Shown here: positions 43,415 to 54,436 of the stretch, in pieces
Numbering within the stretch: the first letter of the stretch is position 1
How the letters are laid out: every line of letters begins with the position of its first letter
Origin: Diplonema japonicum
Lineage: Eukaryota; Protista; Euglenozoa: Diplonemea
DNA length: 64,000 nt
Reading direction: 5' to 3'
Assembly: GCA_964019335.1 (NCBI GenBank)
Contig: OZ025702.1
Coordinates: 434,001 to 498,000 of the forward strand
Program-made: the position numbers and the translations under genes
The notes under the pieces: model-generated
What the model saw: only the letters and a program-made list of their open reading frames with translations
Told to the model about the DNA's origin: nothing
Databases searched by the model: none

Positions 43415-44905
43415 ATGAGCGGTGCGATAAAACTGGTTTTGATAAGCTGTGCATTCATGTGGATCTTGTGGTGGTTCCTGTTTGCGAGTTCGCCGATGGC
43501 AGAAAACTGGCACGGTTGTATTGATGAAGAGAACGATTGCAAAGCAAGGGTGGCAGCGGGTGAGTGCAAAAGCAAAAGAGAGACAATGAAACGAGAATGC
43601 AAATCAAGCTGTGGATTCTGCGACCACTTCCACTCCAACTGCATGGATTCCAACGAAAAATGCAAGGAATGGGCCAAACTAGGAGAATGCACCAAAAACC
43701 CCTCCTTCATGGTAAAAGGGTGCCAACGAAGCTGCGGTTCCTGCGTTGCCTGCCTAGAAATCCGGTCCCCCAATTTCCATGGAACAGTACACATAACAGA
43801 CAGCTTGGTAGAAGGCCACCCAGCTTACACTTCTACAGACACCAGTCTTTCTTTGCTGAACAAGACTTGGTCGGTTATAGCAAGAAAGACTAACAAGCAA
43901 ATCCTGAAACTTCCGGACCACACCGATACCCCATTTGAAGGCGACACAATTGGGAAATGGCTCTACCTCCCAGCAGGGTCTGATGTATGGGTTCCAAACA
44001 GGTTTATAACAGTCACGGAAATCTCTTGTGACACAGGTAACACCTTCTCAACCCCGGATGAGCTCCTGACCTCGCGTATCGAGCTCAAGGAAGGCGTGCA
44101 CTACCACGCGGACTACAACCTGTCTAACTTAAAACCACCCCCTGCGTCGTACGCATACCCAAAGAACGCCGACCCTGCTTTTCTGTACCCAGAAGACCTC
44201 ACGGACGCTCCGAAAATCCAATTTCACATATTATCCTACGAGCCCAAGATATATTATTTCCCGAGGTTCCTCACCGACGAGGAAGCTGATGACGTAATCG
44301 ATGAAGCGAAGAAGCGTTTGGAACGGTCTTCCGTCGTTCCTATAAAAGGCAAGAATTCGTCGGGTCTGGACGATGTCCGGACCAGTTCAGGGTGTTGGCT
44401 GGACAATTCCCACAAGAGTGTTGAGAAGCTCCGGCGAAGAATGCTCGCCGTTACGGGTTTCCACACAGACCAAACGGAGAAGCTACAAGTTCTCAGATAC
44501 AAACTAGGACAGAAGTACAATTCGCATCTAGACTACTACCAGCCCCACGGAGCCCGGAACGAACAGGAAGCCCGCGAGATGTGGCGGCTCAAATGGAACA
44601 ACAATTGGAACCGTGCTGCGACGTTCTTCCTCTATCTTTACTCCACCGAAGAAGGCGGAGAGACTACCCTCCCGCGCTCCAACGGCGGACCACAGCCCCT
44701 GTCAATGACAGATTGCACCAAAGGCCTCCGTGTTCGGCCTATCAAAGGTGCAGCAGTGCTTTTCTACGATATGAAACCCGATAAGACGCAAGACGAGTAT
44801 TCCCTCCACGGAGGATGCCCTGTCATAAAAGGCGAGAAATGGGCAGCTCCCCAATGGCTGCATGTAAAGGTGCGTGACGAAGGCGCGTCTGGAGGCTTCT
44901 GGTAA
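43415..44905 (+). CDS. P4H: Prolyl 4-hydroxylase alpha-type enzyme with signal anchor and two N-terminal ShK domains
   Basis: RTSSG.W, E.LQVLRY..GQKY..HLDY, R.AT...YL...EGGET, HGGCPV.KGEKW. ShK pattern C.D....C..WA..GEC..NP.FM...C..SC..C. Confidence 0.92.
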   Translation: MSGAIKLVLISCAFMWILWWFLFASSPMAENWHGCIDEENDCKARVAAGECKSKRETMKRECKSSCGFCDHFHSNCMDSNEKCKEWAKLGECTKNPSFMVKGCQRSCGSCVACLEIRSPNFHGTVHITDSLVEGHPAYTSTDTSLSLLNKTWSVIARKTNKQILKLPDHTDTPFEGDTIGKWLYLPAGSDVWVPNRFITVTEISCDTGNTFSTPDELLTSRIELKEGVHYHADYNLSNLKPPPASYAYPKNADPAFLYPEDLTDAPKIQFHILSYEPKIYYFPRFLTDEEADDVIDEAKKRLERSSVVPIKGKNSSGLDDVRTSSGCWLDNSHKSVEKLRRRMLAVTGFHTDQTEKLQVLRYKLGQKYNSHLDYYQPHGARNEQEAREMWRLKWNNNWNRAATFFLYLYSTEEGGETTLPRSNGGPQPLSMTDCTKGLRVRPIKGAAVLFYDMKPDKTQDEYSLHGGCPVIKGEKWAAPQWLHVKVRDEGASGGFW

Positions 44906-45108
44906 AAGAACAGGGAGAAAAAAAGGAAAAAAAGAAAAACTTTGTGTTGTTTTTATTTTTTTTTTTTATTTTTCTTTTTTTTTTTTTTTTTTTTTTTTTT
45001 TTCCTCCTTGCCATTGTTTTTCAGTGTTAATTCCGTTTTTGCTCTCTCACGTGAAAAGAAATCGATCACGATGTGGCAACAGGGAAGGAGGGGGGTGCAG
45101 CATGGGCG

Positions 45109-48100
45109 ATGGATATTCTGAATGGCTTGGAATGCGGCCAGCTTGACGAACTGCGGAAAATCTTCAATCTCGACCCGAGGGGGTTGGATGTCATGGGGTT
45201 CGTGAACTGCTTGCACGACTACACCGTGTTCGCAAAGGGTGTGAACAAAAGAGGAAAGCTTCAGGAACTATTTCGAACCATCGACTTCAATGGTGACCAG
45301 TACATAACATGGGACGAGTTCACCACCTACGCTATAGACGCTCACATGCGGGGAACATCACAGCTTCCTCATGAATGGGTTTACACCTACACATGTAAGC
45401 ACACGCTTTCAGCGCCCGACTCCGTCCTCCGTGCGACGTTTCTCAAAAACTGGGGTTGCGACGGGAAGATCGTGACCCTCAGCAGAACCAGGCCCTTCAA
45501 GGTCTACGATGCAAGAACGCTTAAGGTCGTCCAGACGATTTCTTCTTCAAGCGTGGGCAGAGGCCTTCCAACTGCATGCGAATACATACCTCCTTATCAA
45601 TACTTTGTCGCCGGTTCGAGCGATGGGAAAATGCGGATTCTCGACAGGGATTTTTATCCCAGGCAGACGATTACAGCGGATTCCACGATCTTGAGGATGG
45701 AGTGGTGCACGCGGGCTGAGCTTCTCTACACAGGTTCACGTCTCGGGACTCTCTCTGCGTACGATATTGGGCGGTCCAACGACAACAACGAGAAGGGGAA
45801 GCGCACGCGCTGCCTGGAGTCCTGGCCGCTCCACGACCGTCCTATCATGGACTTCATGTTGTCCCCGATCGCACACCAGCAGATCTTCACGTGCTCCCTC
45901 GATGGTGCCGTCAAGCTCATCGATGTCGAAGGCAACCCTCTCAGCAAGGGGACCCCCAAAACCCGCCTCATCGGCGAGCATGAGAACGGCGTGCTTGGCA
46001 TCACCTACAGCACCGACTACCACTACCTCTGCAGCGTGGGGTACGAAGCGCAGGCATTCTGTTGGATCACCAACATGTCGGGGCACAAGTTCTACTTAGC
46101 CGACCACTCCAACCCCCATAAGGGAACCTTCACCGGTGTACACGCCGTGCCGGGCACCCCGGAGGTCATCACTGCCGACATGAAGGGGTACGTAAAGGTG
46201 TGGGATATCCGCACGCTGAAGTGCGTCCAAACCTTTCTGATGGGATGGTCGCCGGAAGAAGCTTACCCGCCGCCTGTGAAGCACGCCACATTGTGCTACG
46301 CTGACAGCACAAACTCCTTAGTTACAGCAGAGTGGAAGAGGATATGCATCCACAAACAAGAGGGGTGCACGGGGATGCCGAACGCGGACGGCGACCACAT
46401 GGCTGTTGTGCTGTATAATGAAACCCAGCAGTCCTTCATCACGTCGTCGGGTCGGGACATCAAAATATGGGACGTAGCGCATGGGTGCCTCACTTCGCAC
46501 TTTGTGAACCTGGCGGCATCCGATATCACAGTGCTCGCTCTGGACGAGTACGGAAGGCGGTGCTACCTAGGTACCAACGACGGGTCCCTCGAATGCAGGG
46601 TGTACCACACTGGAGAGCTCATCTACCGCTACAGCGACGCTGCAAAGCATGAGTGTGAGGTGTTCTCTGTGGTGTATCACTCTGAAGCGAGGATGCTCAT
46701 CACTGGAAGCATCGACGGCGCAGTGCACGTCCACCTGGACGGAGACATGGGCACTATCGCACTCAAGATCGTGGAGCCCCGTGCTGGCATCCGTAGCGAC
46801 GCCGGTACCCGTCTCGACGTTGATGCAGGCCTCTCTTTTCTTGCATGCGCTGCTGCCAAGCAGCTCTATTTGCACGACCTGATCAACCCAAAGAAAACCT
46901 TGTTTAAAATACTGCCACCTGAAAACAAAGAAATTATATCTTGCAAGATCTTGAAAGGCAAGCCTGCGATAGTGCTAGGGTTCAGCTGCGGGCGGTTCCA
47001 CATGATGTCGACGAGGCCGATGCACAATGAGTCGCTCTGCGGGATGGACCAGAAGCCGTTGGTTTTAGCTAGGTGGAGCAACTGCGCAGAGGTGAAAATG
47101 AAGCAGTGGAAGGCGCAGCAGCAAGTCGCAGAGATGCTGATGCATGGTGCCGACCCCGTAGAGCTGGACGACGTGGATAGTGGGGTGCCGTTCTACAGTT
47201 CACGTAGTGTTTTCCCGACAGTCACTGTGATGGAGTACGACAGCAATGCCCATGTGCTGTGGACGGGTGACTCTGCAGGCCTGTTGACTGCATGGCAGCT
47301 GTGCCCTGTCTTTAGGTACCATAACCTGCACGACATGTCGTACCCTGCGAAGCTCAATCCAGACGGTACCATGCCTTCGAACTCGAAGCTCCCCTCGAGC
47401 ATGCCCTGCACGGCACTCGACGACTCAGTCCCGATACTGCGGTCTTGGAAGGCTCACACGGACGACATCTCATCTGTAGTGTTGCACACCAAGTCTGGGA
47501 CCATCATCACTGCGGGTGACGACAGGAAGGTCTTTATATGGTGTTGCTCGGGCGTGCTGATCGCGCAGCTTTGCAACTCAAAACAGTACGCCACCTACAA
47601 CATTGCCGAGAGGAAGGAGCGTGGCAGGTTCTCGCAGAGGGGTTCTCTGGTACACATGATCGACTCAAAACTCAAAGGAACCGCTGCTCTAGACAAGGTC
47701 TTGAAGCACAAGGGGCTGCAGTGTAAGTACGAAAAGAGTCCGGTTTGCGTGCATAACATCGAACTGCCCACTGAGCCCCGCATGCAGAACGTCATGGGCA
47801 TGACTAGCAAAGATCTGAAGAACATGGTCGATACAGGTACATTTGTCATGATGAAGCCAGCAGAGGAGGGGGGCGGGGTGTGCCCTATGGTACCGGACAA
47901 CTGCGAGGAACAGCCTTCATTGCATGAGGTTTGCAAAGAGTATGACGCGGTTGTGGCGGAATACATGTTGCCTGAATTGAGCGCACCCCAAAGCAAGCTC
48001 GTGCACAAGCGCTCCACTCACACGTACTCTTTCAAGAAGAAGAAAACCATCATAAACAGCGCAAAGGTATCATTCTCAGAAGGGCCCTCAACCTGCTCAA

Positions 48101-49110
48101 CAAACTTTAATAAAGAGCGCCCGACTCGTTCCAAGCACTGGCCACCCCCTCCAGTGCAAGAGACCCGGCATGAATGGTGGTCAGTTGCCGAAGAGACCCT
48201 TGTGGGCAATGTCAAACAAGGGTATCTGTTCCAAAGCTCTGTGAATGCAACGGTGCCATCTGGGCTGAAGCATAAGGAGTTTAAAACCATCGTACCAATG
48301 CAGTACTCTGCGGTGCTGCAGCTGTGCGCAGCGTCCGTTGTCATAGTGGCGCATTCCCACAAGAAGAAGGAAACACACGGCACGTCCAGCACCGTCCTGA
48401 GCGTGCCCCCTTCGTCACTGGCGCAGATCTCGGTGCAGCGGTTTTCACATGATGGGGGTGCATGCGGGAGGACTGAGTCCAATATGATGTCAGATGATGC
48501 AAGGGATCCCGTGTTTGTGGGGATTGTCCCCACGGCACCCTTGGCGCCTTGTTCACGTCGTCCCCAGACAGCCCGACCCGTTATTGAAAAAGACACTTGG
48601 GCGCTTGAAGCAGCTAAAACACTGCCTTCAAGTGATCTACACAGCACGAGTGAAAACAGTGTATTTCAATGGTTGCATGACTGTAAGGCAGCTGCTCTAG
48701 AAGAACAGGTTCCCTCAAACGAGGTCAAGGCCAAAGGACAGGAAAAGTGCGCTGGCAATAAGGACATCGTGGTCCGGGCATATCCTGTGAAACGCAGCGC
48801 TGCATCCGCGCGGCCCATGACTGCAAGAACAAACAGGAAGAAGAATAGTCTTCCTTTGCAAGACCTGAAGTCTTTGAAGGGCGCCGCTCGGTACCCTGCC
48901 GTCGCGCCTTTGATTCCTCGTCCACGGTCTGGAACGGTGGCCACGAAGATTCGTATTTCCACGTTGAAGGCCCTTTCCAACGCTCTACCTGATAGGCCTC
49001 GTCCAGAGTGCAACGTGGCGCACCCCGTAGCCTTTACACCTGACCCGAGACAGCCTACACCATTATACCAAACGATGTTAGCAAGAACTGGGGTGAAGAT
49101 CGTCCTGTAA
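45109..49110 (+). CDS. EF-hand + WD40-repeat protein (WDR49/WDR64/EFCAB8-like, probably flagellar)
   Basis: EF-hand LF.TIDFNGDQYITWDEFT; many WD repeats (VKVWDIR, IKIWDV, AHTDDI..VFIW). Start codon uncertain. Confidence 0.85.
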   Translation: MDILNGLECGQLDELRKIFNLDPRGLDVMGFVNCLHDYTVFAKGVNKRGKLQELFRTIDFNGDQYITWDEFTTYAIDAHMRGTSQLPHEWVYTYTCKHTLSAPDSVLRATFLKNWGCDGKIVTLSRTRPFKVYDARTLKVVQTISSSSVGRGLPTACEYIPPYQYFVAGSSDGKMRILDRDFYPRQTITADSTILRMEWCTRAELLYTGSRLGTLSAYDIGRSNDNNEKGKRTRCLESWPLHDRPIMDFMLSPIAHQQIFTCSLDGAVKLIDVEGNPLSKGTPKTRLIGEHENGVLGITYSTDYHYLCSVGYEAQAFCWITNMSGHKFYLADHSNPHKGTFTGVHAVPGTPEVITADMKGYVKVWDIRTLKCVQTFLMGWSPEEAYPPPVKHATLCYADSTNSLVTAEWKRICIHKQEGCTGMPNADGDHMAVVLYNETQQSFITSSGRDIKIWDVAHGCLTSHFVNLAASDITVLALDEYGRRCYLGTNDGSLECRVYHTGELIYRYSDAAKHECEVFSVVYHSEARMLITGSIDGAVHVHLDGDMGTIALKIVEPRAGIRSDAGTRLDVDAGLSFLACAAAKQLYLHDLINPKKTLFKILPPENKEIISCKILKGKPAIVLGFSCGRFHMMSTRPMHNESLCGMDQKPLVLARWSNCAEVKMKQWKAQQQVAEMLMHGADPVELDDVDSGVPFYSSRSVFPTVTVMEYDSNAHVLWTGDSAGLLTAWQLCPVFRYHNLHDMSYPAKLNPDGTMPSNSKLPSSMPCTALDDSVPILRSWKAHTDDISSVVLHTKSGTIITAGDDRKVFIWCCSGVLIAQLCNSKQYATYNIAERKERGRFSQRGSLVHMIDSKLKGTAALDKVLKHKGLQCKYEKSPVCVHNIELPTEPRMQNVMGMTSKDLKNMVDTGTFVMMKPAEEGGGVCPMVPDNCEEQPSLHEVCKEYDAVVAEYMLPELSAPQSKLVHKRSTHTYSFKKKKTIINSAKVSFSEGPSTCSTNFNKERPTRSKHWPPPPVQETRHEWWSVAEETLVGNVKQGYLFQSSVNATVPSGLKHKEFKTIVPMQYSAVLQLCAASVVIVAHSHKKKETHGTSSTVLSVPPSSLAQISVQRFSHDGGACGRTESNMMSDDARDPVFVGIVPTAPLAPCSRRPQTARPVIEKDTWALEAAKTLPSSDLHSTSENSVFQWLHDCKAAALEEQVPSNEVKAKGQEKCAGNKDIVVRAYPVKRSAASARPMTARTNRKKNSLPLQDLKSLKGAARYPAVAPLIPRPRSGTVATKIRISTLKALSNALPDRPRPECNVAHPVAFTPDPRQPTPLYQTMLARTGVKIVL

Positions 49111-49232
49111 GCAGGGTTCGAGAGGGGAACACATCTTTTTCTATTTACAAGTTAAAAACAGTCTTATTTTCGTTGTCCTTTTTTTTTTCTTTCTTAACCA
49201 GAATTTACTTCACAGGAGTTAAACGCGACACG

Positions 49233-51759
49233 ATGAGCCACTGGGCCCACATGGACGTGAGCAGAAGAGGGAATTACATGAGGCATTCGATGGAGCGATC
49301 GCCATCGCCAGTTGCTAGGAGGCCGGATGGGGAATGGCAGTGGGTGTGGGGCGGGGCCAGTTGGAGTTGGGCGTGGGTCCCTGGAGTAGCGAGGCCGCAG
49401 CATACTGTTTCACAGCCGCCGCCGCCGCCGCCACAGCGGATGTACGATGCTACACGGAGCAAGAAGGTCAGGCACGCAGACCCTTATTATGGTCATGGTG
49501 ATGCTTACGCGAGGTCGGCGTCTGCTATGCCGCGCTACGAGTATGATCGCTCCATGATGATGCATGAAAGGCCATTGGCACGCTCTGCGTCGCCCGAGCA
49601 CATGTACCATGCGCCTCGTCAAGAGAGGACACACCACAGCAAGCAACACAAAAGCTCGCGGAGTGCCATGAACCACACGCAGTCGGAGCTCGCCCAGCTC
49701 CGCGAAAGGATCCAACTGCTCGAGGTGTGCATCACCAAAAATATTAATCCACACAAACCTACCAGCGGTCTGCGGGCACGCATGACACAGCTAACGGACT
49801 CACCGAAGACGAGCTTATCGAAGACGTCGACGAGATCTGCTTTGGGAGGGGCATCGCACTGGTGTCAGAGGTCATCAAACAAGACGACGTCACGGTGTCC
49901 GCGGGGGCAGAATCCCTCCAAGTCAACGACTCGTACACAGTATGTCTGCATTGCTATCATCTTATCGCTGTAGAAAACACTCGCCTTCGAAGTTGGCTAC
50001 ACGCAGATGGATAGGGTCCTCTATGAGTCTGACAAGGTGATCATCGACACGGGGTATGCATGTTGTGTTCACTAACGTTATCTCCCAGTGACAACTACGG
50101 TTGTGTGTTCCTCGTGCCGCGACAGACCACGCAGGGTGTGACCATGGCAAGGGTTATTGCCACAAGAGCCGGCTTGCCGGCCCCGTGCCCACCGTCGCCG
50201 AGGTATGAGTTTTTACAACTGTTTTTTTTGACTTCCATTACAGAAGAGGACGTAGCAAGTCTCCAACAAGCAGGTCTTACGACGAGGCCCAGAGGGCTGT
50301 GGACAAGGCACACGCTATCATGAAGGACATGTCTCCGCGCAACCGCAACCACCCGGTACAGCAATTCCAGAAGTACCGCGACCCTGTTTATGTTCCCAGC
50401 AGCGGGAAGAGACCAGGACAACCTGTCAGCCACTCTGACTGGCCTCCTCAGACTAGTAAGCAGTACTCGGACCCTGTGGTTTCGCCTGCGGACATCAGCA
50501 CCCCGTACGAGCATCACACGCCCATCATGGAGGGGCAACCACCACCGCCTCCAGGGGCGCCACCTGCCTCAGCCATGCCTGCCAAGTACAACGTCAACTC
50601 CCCTGGGGAGCTGATCAAAACGCAGTCCCTTGTGAACTACTACAGCGGAATGGCTGAGGGCCAGGCTTCGCCCACGACCCACCATTTGCATACAGAGGCA
50701 GTGCCGGTACCCACGCCTCCGAGGGCTGTTGCCTCTCCGCCACAAGTCATTTCTAGGGACAGTATATCTCAGCCTCTTGCCCCAAAAGCTGCACCGCCTG
50801 CACCTCCATCGCCAAAAGCTGTGCCACCGGCACCCAGTGCCGCTCCACCTCCGTCTGCACCAAAGGCTGTCCCTCTACCGCCTGCCCCTGCTGCACCCGC
50901 ACCTCCTATGCCTGCTCTGAAAGCCACATCCCCCCCAGCTGCTCCTGTGCCGAAGGTTATGCCGCCTGCACCTCCTTCACCCGAGTCTGCACCAAAGGCC
51001 GCACCTCCACCACCTGCGCCTGCACCTGCACCTCCTGCACCTCCTGCACCAAAGGCCGCACCTCCACCACCTGCACCTGCACCTGCTGCACCTCCTGCAC
51101 CAAAGGCTGCACCTCCTGCGCCGCCAGTTCCTAAAGTTGCTCCTGCACCACCTGCAGCACCTGCACCAGAAGCCGCACCTGCTGCCCCTCCTGCACCCAA
51201 AGCTGCACCTCCTGCACCACCACCGCCAGGTGGCAAGGCCGCACCCCCTGCCCCTGCACCTAAGGTAGGGGGGGCTCCACCACCGCCTCCAGGAGGCAAG
51301 GCAGCACCCCCGTCGGGGGCTCCACCGCCGCCCCCAGGTGGCAAAGCGGCACCACCTACCCCTCCTGCACCTAAGACAGGAGCTCCACCACCGCCTCCAG
51401 GAGGCAAGGCAGCACCTGCTGCCCCTCCTGCACCTAAGACAGGAGGGGCTCCACCACCGCCCCCGGGTGGCAAAGCGGCACCTCCTGCCCCTCCTGCACC
51501 TAAGACAGGAGGGGCTCCACCACCGCCTCCAGGAGGCAAGGCAGCACCTGCGGCACCTGCTCCTCCTAAGTCGGGTGCTCCACCACCACCTCCAGGTGGC
51601 AAGGCAGCGGCACCTGCTCCTCCTGCCCCTCCGAAAGCTGGAGCTCCGCCGCCACCTCCGGGTGGCAAGGCAGCACCCCCTGCGCCTCCAGCACCGAAAA
51701 CCGGTGCTCCACCGCCACCGCCGTCAGCTGGCAAGGCACCGCCGCCGCCTGTGAAATAA
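49233..51759 (+). CDS. Pro/Ala-rich repeat protein; exons 49233-49724, 49766-49939, 49974-50053, 50089-50202, 50244-51759
   Basis: Four GT-AG introns give a continuous frame: small central globular domain, then tandem GAPPPPPGGKAAP.. repeats. No signal peptide. Confidence 0.75.
51215..51750 (+). repeat. Coding tandem repeat, about 60-63 bp unit (GAPPPPPGGKAAPPAPPAPKT)
   Basis: About 9 imperfect copies visible in both DNA and protein. Confidence 0.9.
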
Positions 51760-52225
51760 GAAGCCAGTCACTTATAATGCGCTTTCCTTGTCTTGTTTGT
51801 ATTACCCCTACCACCCTTCCCTATAAACACCCTGTTGTACTGAAAGGAACGGAAGAATAAAAAGTGAGATGAATTCACCAGAAAGAACAAGAAGAAGAAT
51901 CTCTACGACTGCATTTCTTTCTTTATCTATTTCTCCTTTTCCACATCGACCCTCCCCTCCTCCTTCGGGCATAGGTTCTCTATAAGGCGCCTCCATCTTT
52001 GTCGGCACATTTTTTTGTGCCCACCATTCCCTCTCTGGGAAAATACGAAACAAACAAAAAACAAAAAAAAAAAGAAGTGGGTATCGTGCTGAAGTAGGAG
52101 TAGGAGGAGTAAAGGAATCTTTTTTTTTTCTTTCTTGGTTTTTTTTTTATACACGTTCGTAGTAGTAAATACAAAACAGAGCGGAGGTGCAACCGGGGAG
52201 GCCCCCGGGGCAACAGAGAAAGGAA

Positions 52226-52699
52226 ATGGATAAAGATGTAACCGAGGGCTGGCGGGGAACAAGGGCAGAGCGCTTAGAACTGACAATGAGGGAGGGGAGA
52301 GAGAGCCTTCACGCGCTGCTGCAGGTCATCAACGTAGGTCGCTGTGAGAAAGAAGAAGAAGGTACCGAGAGATCTGTGAGGAGACGTAGATCTCCCATAT
52401 TGAAAAATGTTCGAAGCCCCACTACTTGTGGGGGCGAGAGGCTGGTGAACCGGACCCCTTTGAGGCCCCGAAAGGCCCCAGACTTGAATTGTCCGTCCCT
52501 TGACCTCTCTCTTTCCTACTCATCACCAACCCCATCGCGGGGCCCACGGTCTTGCTACCAACTGCCTTCCCCATCCTGCGACGACTCCAAGCCAAATGAG
52601 ATATCCCCATCTCCACTTAGGGACTACCAGCCAACCTCGCAGAGGTACTCCCCGCCGCCATACAACTCCCTTGACGATACTTTGCAGTCAATTTTCTGA
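52226..52699 (+). CDS. Hypothetical Ser/Pro/Arg-rich protein
   Basis: Coding-like ORF between homopolymer spacers; no recognisable domain. Confidence 0.45.
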   Translation: MDKDVTEGWRGTRAERLELTMREGRESLHALLQVINVGRCEKEEEGTERSVRRRRSPILKNVRSPTTCGGERLVNRTPLRPRKAPDLNCPSLDLSLSYSSPTPSRGPRSCYQLPSPSCDDSKPNEISPSPLRDYQPTSQRYSPPPYNSLDDTLQSIF

Positions 52700-52816
52700 T
52701 AGAACCTTTGTTAGATTTTTAGAAGAAACGTTTTTTTTTCAGTCCCATTGGTATTTCTGTGGGGGGGAAGAAAACAAAAAAGGCGCCACCCCCTCTCCTC
52801 ATACTATCTCAAATGC

Positions 52817-54271
52817 ATGAAAGAAATGCGTAGAACAGCAGCGGTTATAGCAGTGGTGGTGTCGATGGTGAGCGTGGTGGAGTACTCGTCTGTCGAGGAG
52901 AACAATGTGCTTGCAACAGGTACCACGCAGCGAGAACCGGAAAGAACAACAACGGATGACCATTGCTCGGACAACCCTGCAAGCTACAAGAACTCAAGCG
53001 TAACGTGGACCACACCAAAAAAGGCAGGAACAGTCAGGCCCGCGTATCTACTGACGATCCAGTACACTCTCCACGACGGCAACGGTGTGAAGCTGTGCAA
53101 CCAAAACGAAGGCTTAATACTCGCCAAAGCAGAAGGCCTCACATGGACAGCAAGCACCAAAGCAGGAAAAAACGGGGAAATACCCGTGCTTCTAGGCGAA
53201 GGGCCCACACTCGTTTCCGTCATCCTCGCTTTTGATAAGATAACGTTGCTGCGTGCGAACACTGACAGCCCGGAGTGTTTGTATAAAACCATTGAAGAGA
53301 AGGCTTTCAACCTTGACGGCTACTCGGTGCAGAAACCGGAGCTCACCCAACACAAAACATTCTGCCCACCAGATATCGCTTCTAATGTTCTAAACGGTCT
53401 CTGGGTGAACACGTCGTCTGCGTTTCGAAACGGGACATGGGAGTGGGCTCCTATCCACACAACATGCGAGATGCGCCCTGTTACGGGAAGAAACATACTT
53501 TTCTGGGGGGACGAGACGCTTCAAATCGCTGTTAAATCTCTTGCCGCGGAGTACAAAAGGCCCGATCCGTTCCCGGGGGACAGAAAAGCAAAGTTCTACT
53601 TCAGCAAAGAAGTCGACATAAGAAAAAGGTACGCGGAGATCCCCGAGCCCAACGGGGCCAACGGGAGCCTACTGTTCTTGGGAAACACATCGCCCTCACT
53701 GTCTGGTAGAGGGAAGACACCATGCATGGGGTTGGGCGTCATGGATGTTGAAAGCTACCGGAACCAAATATTAGATTTTCTTAGAGACAAGAGTTTTCCT
53801 GACGCAATAGTAATGCACAGTGGAATCGCGGATATATGCACGGAGTACCAAATGAATGTCAAAACGATGGAATCACGAGCGGATGCAGCAGGGAAATGGT
53901 GGGCTGGTGTCATCGGTAACAAGAAGACGAAGGTTATACTTATGACAACAGCTGCCACCTCTGGGATAGGTGTCTGTGCGCGATTTCACGCGCCGCGGTT
54001 GATGTGGTGGGATGCAACACGTAACGCTGCGCTTCGCAGGCATCTTCCTGGCGACACTGTTGTGGACGTGTTCTCTCTCACGCTTCCCTTCCACTTCACA
54101 AACGATTACTCTGACGGCACCACCTACGGGCTTCACAATGTACGCGGAAACCAGGACGCGACCCCCGCAGACTTCCCAAAGCTCAGCAGATTCTTAGCCG
54201 GCAAAAGGTACAACCCAACCGTGGGCATAATGGTGGCAAGGCTGATAGCAAACGCTGGGTGGGTGGTGTGA
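52817..54271 (+). CDS. Type II membrane protein with SGNH/PC-esterase (TBL/NXPE-like) domain, catalytic residues altered
   Basis: N-terminal TM; W.W.P....C, GRNILFWGDET (GDS position), PDAIVMHSG..D, SDGTTY (DGxH position). Confidence 0.7.
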   Translation: MKEMRRTAAVIAVVVSMVSVVEYSSVEENNVLATGTTQREPERTTTDDHCSDNPASYKNSSVTWTTPKKAGTVRPAYLLTIQYTLHDGNGVKLCNQNEGLILAKAEGLTWTASTKAGKNGEIPVLLGEGPTLVSVILAFDKITLLRANTDSPECLYKTIEEKAFNLDGYSVQKPELTQHKTFCPPDIASNVLNGLWVNTSSAFRNGTWEWAPIHTTCEMRPVTGRNILFWGDETLQIAVKSLAAEYKRPDPFPGDRKAKFYFSKEVDIRKRYAEIPEPNGANGSLLFLGNTSPSLSGRGKTPCMGLGVMDVESYRNQILDFLRDKSFPDAIVMHSGIADICTEYQMNVKTMESRADAAGKWWAGVIGNKKTKVILMTTAATSGIGVCARFHAPRLMWWDATRNAALRRHLPGDTVVDVFSLTLPFHFTNDYSDGTTYGLHNVRGNQDATPADFPKLSRFLAGKRYNPTVGIMVARLIANAGWVV

Positions 54272-54436
54272 CAAAAAAAAAAAAAAGAAAGAAGAAAATA
54301 AAAGTGTCTGCGGTTTTTTTTTTTGTGGGTTTACACACTTTGTATTTATTCTTGCAGTAACGTTGTCTTATAAAAAAAAAAAAAGAGAAAAAGAAAATCA
54401 GGGTTCCCCCCCCCCCCCCCCCCCCCCTTTACACAA

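Noticed and set aside
50769-51734. 321-aa Gly/Ala-rich minus-strand ORF
   Set aside because: It is the antisense shadow of the Pro/Ala repeat coding region.
43415-51759. P4H and the nearby Pro-rich protein as an enzyme-substrate pair
   Set aside because: The P4H is secretory-pathway anchored, while the Pro-rich protein has no signal peptide.
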